DNA of 64,000 nt from Planctomycetota bacterium (GTDB lineage: Bacteria; Planctomycetota; UBA1135; UBA2386), in contig JBKAGP010000001.1 of NCBI GenBank assembly GCA_046290465.1, forward strand, positions 2,464,001 through 2,528,000, in the 5' to 3' direction. The position numbers were made by a program, and so were the translations under genes. How positions within the stretch are numbered: the stretch's first letter is position 1; each line of letters opens with the position of its first letter. Of the stretch, positions 41,107 to 51,061 are shown in pieces. The notes under the pieces are model-generated. The model saw only the letters and a list, made by a program, of their open reading frames with translations. It did not search any database and was not told the origin of the DNA.

Positions 41107-42768
41107 ATGACCGGGACCGTCGAACTCGACCAGGGCGGCACGCACCTGCTGATCCGCTTCCAGTACCGCGAGGACCTGGTCGCGATGGTCAAGGAGCTGC
41201 CCGGACGTCGCTGGGACCCCAAGCAGAAGGTCTGGCGCGTGCCCGCCAAGAACGTGCAGGCCGTCTACGACGCCTGCTCGCGGCACTTGTTCGAGTTCGC
41301 GGCCGAGATCCCGTCGCTGCTCGCCGGCACGCTCGCGATCCCCGAGGTCCAGGACGAGCCGAAGCCGAAGAAGAAGCCGCAGCAGGGCATGCTGCTGCCG
41401 ACCGAGGAGGTCGCCGCCGAGGCCGCCGCGAACGACGCCGATGCCGCGCCGGCAGCGCTGTCGATCTCGCAGCTCAACGAGCGCGTCAAGCGCTGCATCG
41501 GCGACGCGTTCGCCGAGAACTTCTGGGTCGTCGGCGAGGTCGTCGACTTCGACAAGTCCGCGCACCGCGAGCACCGCTTCTTCCAGCTGGTCGAGAAGAT
41601 GCCGCGTGCGCAACGTCCCAAGGCGGTCGTCGAGGTCGCGATGTTCGCGCGCACGGTGCAGACGCTGCTGCCCGCGCTGGAGGCCGGCGACCCGCCGCTG
41701 ACGCTGCGCGACGGCCTCGAGATCCGTGCGCTGGTGCGCGCCGACTTCTACCCGGCGTCCGGCCGCTTCCAGGTGATCGTCAACGACATCGATCCGAGCT
41801 TCACGCTCGGCAAGCTGGCGCTGACCAAGGAACAGATCCTGCGCGAGCTCGCAGAGAAGGGCCTCGCCGAACGCAACCGCATGCTCGGCATGCCGGTGCC
41901 GGCGACGCGCATCGGCGTGCTGACCAGCCCCGATGCCGACGGCTGGAACGACTTCCTGCGCCACCTCGAGGAGTCGGGCTGCGGCTTCGACGTGACGCTG
42001 TTCCCGATCAAGGTGCAGGGCCCAGAGCTCAAGCCGACCGCGCTCGCCGGCCTGCGCTGGTTCGCCGCGCACGCCGACGACTTCGACGTGCTGTGCATCC
42101 TGCGCGGCGGCGGTTCGCGCACCGACCTCGCCTGGTTCGACGACCGCGAGGTCGCGTTCGCCGTCGCCCAGCACCCGATCAAGACCCTGGTCGGCATCGG
42201 CCACCAGCGCGACCAGTCGGTGCTCGACGCGATCGCGCAGTCGGAGAAGACCCCGACCGCGGTCGCCGAGTTCCTCGTGCGCGGCATCGAATCGGCGCGC
42301 GAGGACGTGCAGGAGCGCGGCGAACGGCTGGCCGACCTGGTCGCCGACCGGCTCGCCGACGAGCACGAACGGCTGCGCGAGCTAAGCCGTTCGATCGCGC
42401 GCAGCAGCCGCGAGCGGGTCGCCTCGGCGCAGCACCGCCTGGGCACGGCCGCGCGCGAACTGCACAACGCGACCGCGCTGCGCATGTCGCGCGAACGCGG
42501 CGAGCTGCGCCACGTCACGACGCGGCTCGTGCACCACAGCCAACGCCTGATGGAGCGCGCCGCGACGACGCTGCAGCAGGCCGAGACGCGCCGCCGCCTG
42601 CTCGATCCCAAGCGGGTGCTGCAGCGCGGCTTCGCGATCGTGCGCGGCGAGGACGGGCGGATCGCCCCGTCGGCCGCGCGCATCGGCAAGGACCAGCAAC
42701 TGCGGCTACAGTTCCGCGACGGCCGCGCCGACGTGCGCGTCGACGCGGTCGAGACCGACGAATCATGA
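41107..42768 (+). CDS. xseA: Exodeoxyribonuclease VII large subunit with N-terminal HARP-like extension
   Basis: WVVGEV, RIGVLTS, RGGGS, GIGHQRD, TPTAVA, LDPKRVLQRGF. Confidence 0.9.
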   Translation: MTGTVELDQGGTHLLIRFQYREDLVAMVKELPGRRWDPKQKVWRVPAKNVQAVYDACSRHLFEFAAEIPSLLAGTLAIPEVQDEPKPKKKPQQGMLLPTEEVAAEAAANDADAAPAALSISQLNERVKRCIGDAFAENFWVVGEVVDFDKSAHREHRFFQLVEKMPRAQRPKAVVEVAMFARTVQTLLPALEAGDPPLTLRDGLEIRALVRADFYPASGRFQVIVNDIDPSFTLGKLALTKEQILRELAEKGLAERNRMLGMPVPATRIGVLTSPDADGWNDFLRHLEESGCGFDVTLFPIKVQGPELKPTALAGLRWFAAHADDFDVLCILRGGGSRTDLAWFDDREVAFAVAQHPIKTLVGIGHQRDQSVLDAIAQSEKTPTAVAEFLVRGIESAREDVQERGERLADLVADRLADEHERLRELSRSIARSSRERVASAQHRLGTAARELHNATALRMSRERGELRHVTTRLVHHSQRLMERAATTLQQAETRRRLLDPKRVLQRGFAIVRGEDGRIAPSAARIGKDQQLRLQFRDGRADVRVDAVETDES

Positions 42769-43013
42769 GCGCCAAGAAGAAGACCGACGAACCGAGCTAC
42801 GCCGAACTGAGCGGCGAGCTCGAGACCATCCTCGACGAGATCGAGTCCGGCGAGATCGACCTCGACGAACTCAGCGACAAGGTCGAGCGCGCGGCGACGC
42901 TGCTCGGCCAGTGCCGCAAGAAGCTGTCGGCGACCGAGACCAAGGTCAAGAAGGTCACCGAGGAGCTGCAGAACGCGCTCGCCGACGGCGACGACGACGG
43001 CGAGGAGGACTGA
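42765..43013 (+). CDS. xseB: Exodeoxyribonuclease VII small subunit
   Basis: SYAELSGELETILDEIESGEIDLDEL..CRKKL; coupled to xseA. Confidence 0.9.
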   Translation: MSAKKKTDEPSYAELSGELETILDEIESGEIDLDELSDKVERAATLLGQCRKKLSATETKVKKVTEELQNALADGDDDGEED

Positions 43014-43690
43014 TGGACTGGGGCCACATGATCACGCTGTTCGTGGTGCTGATCATCAGCCTCACGTGCCACGAGGCCGCGCACGGACTGTTCGCCAAGC
43101 TCGGCGGCGACCCGACCGCGTGGAACCGCGGCCTGGTCACGCTCAATCCGATCCCGCACATGAAGCGGGAGCCGGTCGGGATGATCGTGATCCCGCTGGT
43201 GATCCTGTACCTCAGTGGCGGCCGCTACTGCTTCGGCGGCGCCAGCGCGCCGATCGACGGCTACTGGGCGGCGCGCCACCCGAAGAAGGCCGCGCTGATG
43301 TCGTTCGCGGGGCCGCTGGCGAACTTCGTGCTCGCTGCGATCGGGTTTGGGGTGATGTACTTCATCGCCCGACCCGACCCGGACATCGGTTGGCAAGGCA
43401 CGACCTTCGACATCGCGCACGTGCTGTTCTACCTCAACCTGCTGCTCGGGTTGTTCAACCTGCTGCCGTTGCCCCCATTTGATGGCGCCGGCTTCGTTGG
43501 GGGCATGATCCGGCCGATGCAGCGCATCTATGACGCCTACTCGCGGATCCCGCTCTATGGCGTGATCAGCATGTTGATCGCGTGGCAACTGCTGCCGTAC
43601 GTGTTCGATCCCGCGTACGACCTGGTCACCGACTGGCTGCCGTACAGCCCACGGTTCCGCTGGAAGCGCGTCCATGTAGTGGACGCGCTC
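43013..43690 (+). CDS. Site-2 protease (peptidase M50); homologous region ends near 43690 but the frame has no stop until 44530
   Basis: HEAAH, GDPT, LNPIPH, AGPLAN, FNLLPLPPFDG. Confidence 0.85.
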
Positions 43691-43696
43691 CTAGCG
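43665..43696. repeat. Short hairpin element, copy 1
   Basis: AGCGCGTCCA-TGTAG-TGGACGCGCT followed by CCTAGCG; same stem and flank at 61150-61181. Confidence 0.75.
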
Positions 43697-44947
43697 CCCC
43701 GTCAGCGCCCGGCGCACCATCTCCCCCGCCATCCGGCACGGGCTCATCGAACGCTCGTAGGCGAACTCCGGATCCACGGCCTCCTGCTCGCGCATCAGGT
43801 AGCCGACCTCGTCGTCACACAGACCGAGGACGACCAGGTCGGGCCGGCCCAGCTCACCGCGCACCTGCTGCGCCAGCGCCGGCTCCATCTCGCCCGGCAC
43901 CGCGACCGCCTCGAACGCGCCGATGCGCAGGTAGCCGACCGACGTGCGGGCCGCGCCGTCGAACAGCTCGCGCTGCAGCGACGTGGTCGCGCGCCCGATG
44001 CGGAACGCGGCGCTGATCATCGGCAGGTAGAGGTCGCTGCGGCGCACCTCGATCGCGTCGACCGGCAGCGCTTCGCCGTCCTCGAGCGCTCGCTCGCACA
44101 GCGCGCAGATCCGACGACCGAACTCCGCCACGCCGGTCATGTCGTTGGGTCGGAACTGCGGCGTGATCATCGCGCCGAGCGCGCCGTTGGCGAACACCGC
44201 CTGGCCGTGGCCGCGGCGCTGCCACTCGTCGCACAGCGCGCCGACGAAGTCCGCGCTGACCAGCGTGTTCTTGCGGCGCAGCACCTCCGGGTGACACGCC
44301 ATGTGCAGCAGCGTGCCGAGCGGCCGGCCGTCGTCGACGGCCTGCGCGTGCAGCACGCGCACACGCCGGTCGAACACGCCGCTGCGGTTCGAGTTGCGCA
44401 CCAGGCCCTGTTCGGGCAGCAGCGACACGCCCTGGCGCAGCACCGCCGGCGCCGCGTTGGCGCGCGCCTCGGCGGTCGCTTCGCGCACCGCCTTGCGCAG
44501 CCGACCGATGTAGCGGCCGTCGCGTCCTGAGGTCAGGAAGTAGTAGCCCCAGATCCCGATCGGGTCGGGGCCGGCGTGGGTGTGGCTCGAACAGACGAAC
44601 ACGTCGCCGTTCGCGAAGCCCGCCATGCCCGACTTGATGTAGTCGACGTCCTCACGCATCAGCCCGAGGCTGTCGATGCCGACGATCGCGAACCGGCGCG
44701 TCGCGGTCTCGAACACCAGCACGCGCACCTCGAGCGGCGAGCCGATGCCGGTGCTGGTGCGCGCCAGGTCGAAGCCGCCCAGGTAGTCGCCGACCGCCGG
44801 CGTGACGTCGCGCGCGGCGCTGCCGACGCGCAGCGTGCTCGCATCGGCCTTCGCCAGATAGGTCTCGACCCGATCCGGAGCCGCGCGCTGGAAGATGCCG
44901 GCGCAACCGGCGAGCAACCACAGCAGCGCCAGCGACAGCCAGCGCAT
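43691..44947 (-). CDS. Lipoprotein, neutral/alkaline ceramidase-like hydrolase
   Basis: LAGC lipobox; DVTP, SSHTHAGP, ACHPE, SADF, VPGE, DEVGY. Confidence 0.75.
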   Translation of the reverse strand: MRWLSLALLWLLAGCAGIFQRAAPDRVETYLAKADASTLRVGSAARDVTPAVGDYLGGFDLARTSTGIGSPLEVRVLVFETATRRFAIVGIDSLGLMREDVDYIKSGMAGFANGDVFVCSSHTHAGPDPIGIWGYYFLTSGRDGRYIGRLRKAVREATAEARANAAPAVLRQGVSLLPEQGLVRNSNRSGVFDRRVRVLHAQAVDDGRPLGTLLHMACHPEVLRRKNTLVSADFVGALCDEWQRRGHGQAVFANGALGAMITPQFRPNDMTGVAEFGRRICALCERALEDGEALPVDAIEVRRSDLYLPMISAAFRIGRATTSLQRELFDGAARTSVGYLRIGAFEAVAVPGEMEPALAQQVRGELGRPDLVVLGLCDDEVGYLMREQEAVDPEFAYERSMSPCRMAGEMVRRALTGR

Positions 44948-45894
44948 CAGCTGGTCTCGAGCAGGTCGAGGGCCTCGCCGAGGGTCGCGTGCGCGTCGGG
45001 CGCCGAGCGACGGTTGGCCGCGCGCAGGCTGCGCAGGTAGCGGATCAGCACCTCGCGGTCGTTGAGATCGCGCAGGTGTTCGCGCACCCGGTCGTAGCCG
45101 TTGCTGCGCAGGTAGCGCGCGCAGTCGGCTTTGGTCACGACGCGGCCGCCGTGGAACGGGTCGAGCAGCAGCGGCCGCGGGCCGTGCAGGCGCACCAGGA
45201 AGTGGTCCGGCAGCGCGACGCCGGCGGCCGACAGGCCCGCCCACCGCGCCACCAGCAGGTAGATCAGCGACAGCGCGATCGGCGCGCCGACCTTGCTGGC
45301 CATGACCCGGTCGATCAGCACGCGATCGATCAGCTCGCGGTCGATGTCGTCGCGCTCGATGTCGTCGCGCTCGAACAGCTCCTGCACCAGCTGCACGTGG
45401 TCGACGTCGAGCTGGTCGGCGTCACAACCGGTCAGGCCGAGCTGGTCGTGCAGGCGTTCGGCGAGCAGCCGCGCACAGGTCGGCAGGCTGCGACCGTCGC
45501 ACTCGCGCCGCAGCGAACCGGCCTCGCGACGCAGCTGCGCGGCGAGGCTGCGCGTCTCGGGCACGAACGTGCGCACCATCCTGGCCGCGAGCACCGCGCC
45601 CTCGAGCAGCCCCGGCGCCGACGCCCGGCCGATCTGGTCGAGCTGCAGTTCGCCGAAGCGACGCAGCACGGCGCGCACCTCGATCGCACGCAGCAGCGAA
45701 CGGCAGCGCGTGCGCGTCGACATGTGCTCGGCCTCGGCGCCCTCGCGCAGCTGCGGCACGGCGAGCTCGCCCCACGCCAGCAGCCGCTTGCGCGCCGACT
45801 CCTGCAGCGGGCCGCGGTCGTCACCGAGGACGCCGATCATCGCGGCGATCTGCGCGACGGTCGGCTCAGAGGGCTGCGGCTTTGGGTCACTCAT
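44947..45894 (-). CDS. SirB1/transglutaminase-like protein
   Basis: IDRVM..GAPIALSLIY, GVALPDHFLVR, LDPFHGG. Confidence 0.82.
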   Translation of the reverse strand: MSDPKPQPSEPTVAQIAAMIGVLGDDRGPLQESARKRLLAWGELAVPQLREGAEAEHMSTRTRCRSLLRAIEVRAVLRRFGELQLDQIGRASAPGLLEGAVLAARMVRTFVPETRSLAAQLRREAGSLRRECDGRSLPTCARLLAERLHDQLGLTGCDADQLDVDHVQLVQELFERDDIERDDIDRELIDRVLIDRVMASKVGAPIALSLIYLLVARWAGLSAAGVALPDHFLVRLHGPRPLLLDPFHGGRVVTKADCARYLRSNGYDRVREHLRDLNDREVLIRYLRSLRAANRRSAPDAHATLGEALDLLETS

Positions 45895-46097
45895 GCGTGC
45901 GGGGCGGCTGCGAGCATACACATGGAAGGGACCGCGTCACCCGCGCAGTCCCGAGCGATTGCCCGGTTCGCGCGGGCGCTGCGCCGGAGGCCACGGCAAG
46001 CTGGCGAACGGCGCGCGCACGGCTCGCAGCGGAACTTCCCGTCGCAAGGTGGCTGTCGCGCACGACTGTCGAGAATCGCGTCACCATCCGTTCCCTC

Positions 46098-47540
46098 ATG
46101 GACGACTCTGCACAGAAATCGTCTCTCTCCATGTCGGCCGACGAGTTTCGGCGACTGGGTCATCTCGTCGTCGACTGGCTCGCCGACTACCGGCAGAACG
46201 TCGCGCAACGACCCGTTTCGTGCACGTCCGAGCCCGGGGCGTTGCTGGCTGCACTGCCCGAGGATCCGCCCGCGCAGCCCGAGGGCTTCGAGGCGCTGCT
46301 GCGCGACATGGACGACCTGATCGTGCCCAACCTCGCGCACTGGCAGCACCCCGACTTCTTCGCCTACTTCCCGTCCAACGGCGACCTCTCGGCCGTGCTC
46401 GGCGACCTGCTGAGCACCGGCCTCGGCGTGCTGGGCCTCACCTGGGAGTCGGCGCCGGCGCTGACCGAGCTCGAGGACCGCGTCTGCGACTGGCTGCGCC
46501 GGATGAGCGGCCTGGCCGACGACTGGCAGGGCGTCATCCAGGACACCGCGTCGTCGTGCACGATGATCGCGCTGGTCGCGGCCCGCGAACGCGCGACCGG
46601 ACACGGCGCCGTGCACAAGGGCATGCAGCACGGTGAGGCGCCGCTGGTCGTCTACACCAGCGAGCAGGCGCACAGTTCGGTGCAGAAGGCCGCGATGCTG
46701 GCGGGCTTCGGCATGGAGCACGTTCGCAGCGTCGCGGTCGACGGCGACCGCGCGTTCGACGTCGAGGCGCTGCGCCGCTGCATCGAGCAGGACGTGCGCC
46801 AGGGGCTGCGACCGTGCGCGATCGTCGCGACCACCGGCACCACCACCACCACCGCGTTCGATCCGATCGATGCGCTCGCCGACGTCGCCGAACGGCACGG
46901 CGTCTGGCTGCACGTCGACGGCGCGATGGCCGGCACCGCGATGATCCTGCCGGAGTGCCGCGAGCTGTGGCGCGGCATCGACCGGGCCGACTCGCTGGTG
47001 GTCAACCCGCACAAGTGGCTCGGCGCGTCGTTCGACTGCTCGGTGTTCTACGTTCGCGACGACCAGCACCTGGTGCGCGTGATGCGCACCGACCCGAGCT
47101 ACCTGCGCACCGAGTTCGACGACCGCGTCAAGACCTACCGCGACTGGGGCGTCGCGCTCGGCCGCCGCTTCCGCGCCCTCAAGCTGTGGAGCCTGATCCG
47201 CACGCACGGCACCGAACGGCTGCAGGCGCGGATCCGACGCGACCTGCAGAACGCCCGCTGGCTGGCCGAACGCATCGAGGCCGCGCCCGGCTGGCGACTG
47301 CTCGCGCCGGTCCGGCTGCAGACGCTGTGCGTGCGCCACGAACCCGACGGCCTCGACGGCGAGGCGCTCGACGCGCACACCCGGAGCTGGCTGGCCAAGG
47401 TGCACGCGAGCGGTCGCGCCTGGCTGACGCCGGCGACGCTCGACGGCCGCTGGATGGTGCGCATCTCGGTCGGTGCGCTGCAGACCGAACGCGCCCACTG
47501 CGACGCGCTCTGGCGGCTGCTGCAGGACGCGGTCGCCTGA
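46098..47540 (+). CDS. PLP-dependent aromatic-L-amino-acid decarboxylase family
   Basis: HWQHPDFFAYFP, HSSVQKA, GTT, HVDGA, NPHKW, LGRRFRALKLW. Confidence 0.92.
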   Translation: MDDSAQKSSLSMSADEFRRLGHLVVDWLADYRQNVAQRPVSCTSEPGALLAALPEDPPAQPEGFEALLRDMDDLIVPNLAHWQHPDFFAYFPSNGDLSAVLGDLLSTGLGVLGLTWESAPALTELEDRVCDWLRRMSGLADDWQGVIQDTASSCTMIALVAARERATGHGAVHKGMQHGEAPLVVYTSEQAHSSVQKAAMLAGFGMEHVRSVAVDGDRAFDVEALRRCIEQDVRQGLRPCAIVATTGTTTTTAFDPIDALADVAERHGVWLHVDGAMAGTAMILPECRELWRGIDRADSLVVNPHKWLGASFDCSVFYVRDDQHLVRVMRTDPSYLRTEFDDRVKTYRDWGVALGRRFRALKLWSLIRTHGTERLQARIRRDLQNARWLAERIEAAPGWRLLAPVRLQTLCVRHEPDGLDGEALDAHTRSWLAKVHASGRAWLTPATLDGRWMVRISVGALQTERAHCDALWRLLQDAVA

Positions 47541-49331
47541 TCAGCCGGCCTCGACCGGCAGGCTGACCTGGAACGTCGTGCCGCTACCGGGCTCGCTGCG
47601 CACCGAGATCGTGCCGCCGTGCGACTCGACCGCCGCCCTCGCCAACGTCAGCCCGAGGCCGGTGCCCTGCGCCTTGTCGATCATCTGGTCGCGCCCGACC
47701 TGCGCGAACGGCTCGAACACCCGCTGCAGGTCTTCGGCCGCGATGCCGACCCCGTGGTCGCGGATGCGCACCAGCACCCGCGCGCCGTCGCGGCGCACCT
47801 CGACCTCGATCGGCTTGCTGCTGGCGCTGAACTTGCCGGCGTTGTCGAGCAGCCGGCTCCACGTCTCGGTCAGCCGGTAGCCGTCGCCGACGACCGTCGG
47901 CAGGTCCTCGTCGCAGCTCAGCTCTACCCGTTCGCGCAGCTCGGGCGCCATCGCGTCGATCGCCGCCTGCACGCTCGCCTGCACGTCGACGGACGACTTG
48001 GTGCTGGTCGCCCCCTGCCCGAGTTCGAGCACGTCGTCGAGCAGCTGCGCCAGGCGCTTGGCGCCGTGCAGCGCGATGCCGCTGAACTCCTCGCGCACGC
48101 TGCCGTCCTCGTCGCCGTCGATCTGGGTGAGGATCTCGGTCGCGCCGAGGATCTCCGCCATCGGGGTGCGGAACTCGTGGCTGACGTTGGTGACGAACTC
48201 GGCCTTGGCCTTGACCGCCGCCAGCGCGGCGTCGCGCGAGGCGACCAGCTCCCGTTCGGTCTGCTCGCGACGCGCGATGTTCTCCTGCAGACGCTGGGCC
48301 ATGTCGTTGAACGCCCAGCCGAGCTCGCCGAACTCGTCGCGGCTCTCGATCCAGACACGCACGTCGAGTTCGCCGCGGCCGAGCCGCTGGGTCGCATCGC
48401 GCAGCGAGACGATCGGGTCCAGCGTGCGCCGCATCTGCACCAGGCTGCCGAGCACGACGAACAGCAGCGTGCAGACCGCGGTCAGCCAGAACCAGCGCAC
48501 GAACGCGTTGCCGACCGCGAACGCCTCGGCCTGCGAACGTGACTGCACCACCCACAGGTCGAGCCCATACTGCGGCTGCAGGAACGCGTGCCAGTAGCGA
48601 CCGAGGTGGGGCTCGCCGTCGACCTGCCACTCGATCGACCCGGAGGACGCCTGCCGGGTGACGCCGGCGGCGAGGATCTGCGAGCGCGGCAGTTCGCGGA
48701 AGGTGTGGAACAGCACGCGCCCGAGACGGTCGCAGGCGGCGAACTCGCAGTTGACGCCGCGCAGCTCCTGCGGGTCCCAGAACCACTGGCCGCGCACGCG
48801 CCCGACCACCCGGGTCTCGAACTCGTCCTCGGGATCGATCTCGATCACCATCAGCAGCGACACGCCGTCGTCGGCGACCAGCGCCAGCGGCAGCCCGCGG
48901 CGCACGTGCGCCAGCTGTTCGGCGCCGAGCTGCAGCTGCGGCGCCGGCTCGTCCCCGACCAGCGCCTCGACGCGGTCGCCGTCGAGCAGCCAGACCGCCT
49001 CGCAGTGTTCGCGAACCTGCCCCTTGAGCGCCTCGCCGCCGGAGAACCGGCCCTCGGCGCGCGAGCTCTGCACCAGGTCGGCCGTCAGCCGCAGGTCGCC
49101 GGCGACCTGGCCGAGCCGCGCCGCGATGCCCATGCCCGAGGTCTTGGCCGCGTTGTGCAGCGTCGCGCGCAGGTCGGCGTGCATCTGCTGCGAGACGCGC
49201 GTCACCGACAAGGTCGCGAACACGATCAGCGGCAGCAGCGCGCACAGCCCGAACAGCAGCACGAAGCGCCGGCCGAGGCGCGACGTCAGCGCGCCCATGC
49301 CGGACGCGCGCAGGCTGTTCGCGTCGGCCAC
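47541..49331 (-). CDS. Sensor histidine kinase (periplasmic sensor, HAMP, HisKA, HATPase)
   Basis: SHEFRTP, LLDNAGKF, DHGVGI, FEPF, GTGLGL; HAMP RDEFGEL..FNDM. Start 49331 or 49298. Confidence 0.92.
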   Translation of the reverse strand: MADANSLRASGMGALTSRLGRRFVLLFGLCALLPLIVFATLSVTRVSQQMHADLRATLHNAAKTSGMGIAARLGQVAGDLRLTADLVQSSRAEGRFSGGEALKGQVREHCEAVWLLDGDRVEALVGDEPAPQLQLGAEQLAHVRRGLPLALVADDGVSLLMVIEIDPEDEFETRVVGRVRGQWFWDPQELRGVNCEFAACDRLGRVLFHTFRELPRSQILAAGVTRQASSGSIEWQVDGEPHLGRYWHAFLQPQYGLDLWVVQSRSQAEAFAVGNAFVRWFWLTAVCTLLFVVLGSLVQMRRTLDPIVSLRDATQRLGRGELDVRVWIESRDEFGELGWAFNDMAQRLQENIARREQTERELVASRDAALAAVKAKAEFVTNVSHEFRTPMAEILGATEILTQIDGDEDGSVREEFSGIALHGAKRLAQLLDDVLELGQGATSTKSSVDVQASVQAAIDAMAPELRERVELSCDEDLPTVVGDGYRLTETWSRLLDNAGKFSASSKPIEVEVRRDGARVLVRIRDHGVGIAAEDLQRVFEPFAQVGRDQMIDKAQGTGLGLTLARAAVESHGGTISVRSEPGSGTTFQVSLPVEAG

Positions 49332-49332
49332 C

Positions 49333-49986
49333 TCAGGCTCCCCCGGGCTGCCCCACCGGCTCCGCCTCGGCCACCGCCGTCTCGAACGGCAGCGCTACGT
49401 CGTCCGGCGTATCGACGTGGTCGAACGTGCGCACGGCGCTGTCGAGCTGCTCGCACGACGCGACCAGCTGGCGCAGCTCCTCGGGGGTCTCGTCGAGCTG
49501 TTCGTCGAGCGCGGCGACGCGGCGGCGCACGTCGAGCTGCGCCCTGCGGATCGCCTCGACGCGGGCCGCGACGCCGGCCACGGCGCGGTTCAGCACTACG
49601 ACCTCGTCCTTGAGGAAGTCGGCCGAGCGCGTGCGCAGCGGCGGCGGCATCTTGCCGTCCGCGAGCAGCCGCAGGTTGCGCTTGTAGCGCACCATCGGGC
49701 CGGCGATCCGGTGCGAGAACCGCACCGCGCCGACCACGACGATCACCAGGCACACGCCGGCGATCGCCCAGAACCGTTCGTGCAGGTAGAGCATCACGAT
49801 CGACTGCTCCTCGAAGGCGTCCTCGTGGCCGGCCGCGCCGAGGTTCCACAGCAGCGGTGCGAAGATGCCGAGGCCGATCGCCGCCAGCACGACGACCCCG
49901 TAGACCAGGCCGTGTGCGATCAGGCTGCCCTGCAGCTTCCAGTCGACGATGTAGCGCCAGCGGCGAAACCGAGCGGGTCCGTTCAT
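49333..49986 (-). CDS. Two-TM HAMP-like membrane protein without catalytic domain
   Basis: RRWRYIVDWKLQ start, two TM helices, FSHRIAGPMVR, short coiled coil. Confidence 0.75.
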   Translation of the reverse strand: MNGPARFRRWRYIVDWKLQGSLIAHGLVYGVVVLAAIGLGIFAPLLWNLGAAGHEDAFEEQSIVMLYLHERFWAIAGVCLVIVVVGAVRFSHRIAGPMVRYKRNLRLLADGKMPPPLRTRSADFLKDEVVVLNRAVAGVAARVEAIRRAQLDVRRRVAALDEQLDETPEELRQLVASCEQLDSAVRTFDHVDTPDDVALPFETAVAEAEPVGQPGGA

Positions 49987-50729
49987 CAGTAGTCCGAGGC
50001 GAGGCCGAAGAAGCCGCCGTTGTTGGCGCGGATCACGTCGTCGAGACCGACCGAGTCGCCGAGCGACGTCGCGGTCTGGTGGTCCGGGCCGAGGCTGAAC
50101 AGGTCGTAGTCCGTGTTGAGCGGAAACAGGTAGCGGTCGCGACGACGCGTGGTCTCGGTCGGCACGCTGGTGAAGATCGAGAACGAACCGCCGGCGCTCT
50201 CGACCGCGTCGGCGATCGCGCCGCGTTCGGTCAGGCTCAGCGTGCGGCCGATGCGGGTGCCGATCGCGTCGTAGTCGAGCTGCGAACTGGCCCGGTGCGC
50301 GTCCATGTCGGCCGTCTGCGGGCCGCCCGCCGCGCTGCCCCCGTCGCCGCCGCGGCCCGAACCGTCGATCGGCGCGAACGCCGAAGGATCGACGATGCCC
50401 GCGTCGATCGCCCAGTCGAGCCCATCGCCGGTGCTGTCGGCGTAGTTGAGGTAGCAGTAGGCGACGCCCCACGGGTCCCGCTTGCCGCCGAAGCCGACCT
50501 GGTAGAGCGACAGCGGCAGCTGGCCGCCGTTGGTCGCCGTGAACGAGTCGATCGCGTTCGAGATCGTCTTGAGCTCGTGCTTGGCCTTGCCGATCCGCGC
50601 CGTTCGCAGCGCGCCGACGTACTGCGGCACCCCGATCGAGGCGATGATCGCCAGGATCGAGACCACGATCATCAACTCGAGCAGCGTGAAGCCGCCCTGC
50701 CGCGTGGCCGGAGCAGGAACGATGCGCAT
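49986..50729 (-). CDS. Prepilin-type (type IV pilin/pseudopilin-like) protein
   Basis: G|FTLLELMIVVSILAII class III signal, DPWG, NTDYDLFSLGPD..DDVIRAN. Confidence 0.88.
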   Translation of the reverse strand: MRIVPAPATRQGGFTLLELMIVVSILAIIASIGVPQYVGALRTARIGKAKHELKTISNAIDSFTATNGGQLPLSLYQVGFGGKRDPWGVAYCYLNYADSTGDGLDWAIDAGIVDPSAFAPIDGSGRGGDGGSAAGGPQTADMDAHRASSQLDYDAIGTRIGRTLSLTERGAIADAVESAGGSFSIFTSVPTETTRRRDRYLFPLNTDYDLFSLGPDHQTATSLGDSVGLDDVIRANNGGFFGLASDY

Positions 50730-50880
50730 GACTCCGGATATCGGAATCCCATGGCGGGACTCCTGAGTCGGGCTCGTCGGTGCCCCGTAAAAACCCCGAG
50801 ACCTGCAGGCGGCGGGTCGTGGGGTCGTTGGCGAGGAGCGCCGGAGCGGGCTGCCTGGCGCGTGGGCCTGGCACAAGGTG

Positions 50881-50984
50881 TCGGGCCTTGCCGTCGAGTC
50901 TTGCGATCAGGCCCTGCGATCGAGCCCTGCGATCGAGCCCTGTTATCGAGCCTTGCCGTGAGGCCGTGGCATCAGGCCTTGATC
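50881..50984. repeat. Eight imperfect 13-bp tandem repeats (consensus TCGAGCCYTGCGA)
   Basis: Units start at 50881, 50894, 50907, 50920, 50933, 50946, 50959, 50972. Confidence 0.8.
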
Positions 50985-51061
50985 GGATGTCGCCGTCGCC
51001 GCTTGCGGCCGGCTACCTCGCGGACGTGCTTTCCGTGCCTTCGCCGAAGCGAAGGGGAAAG

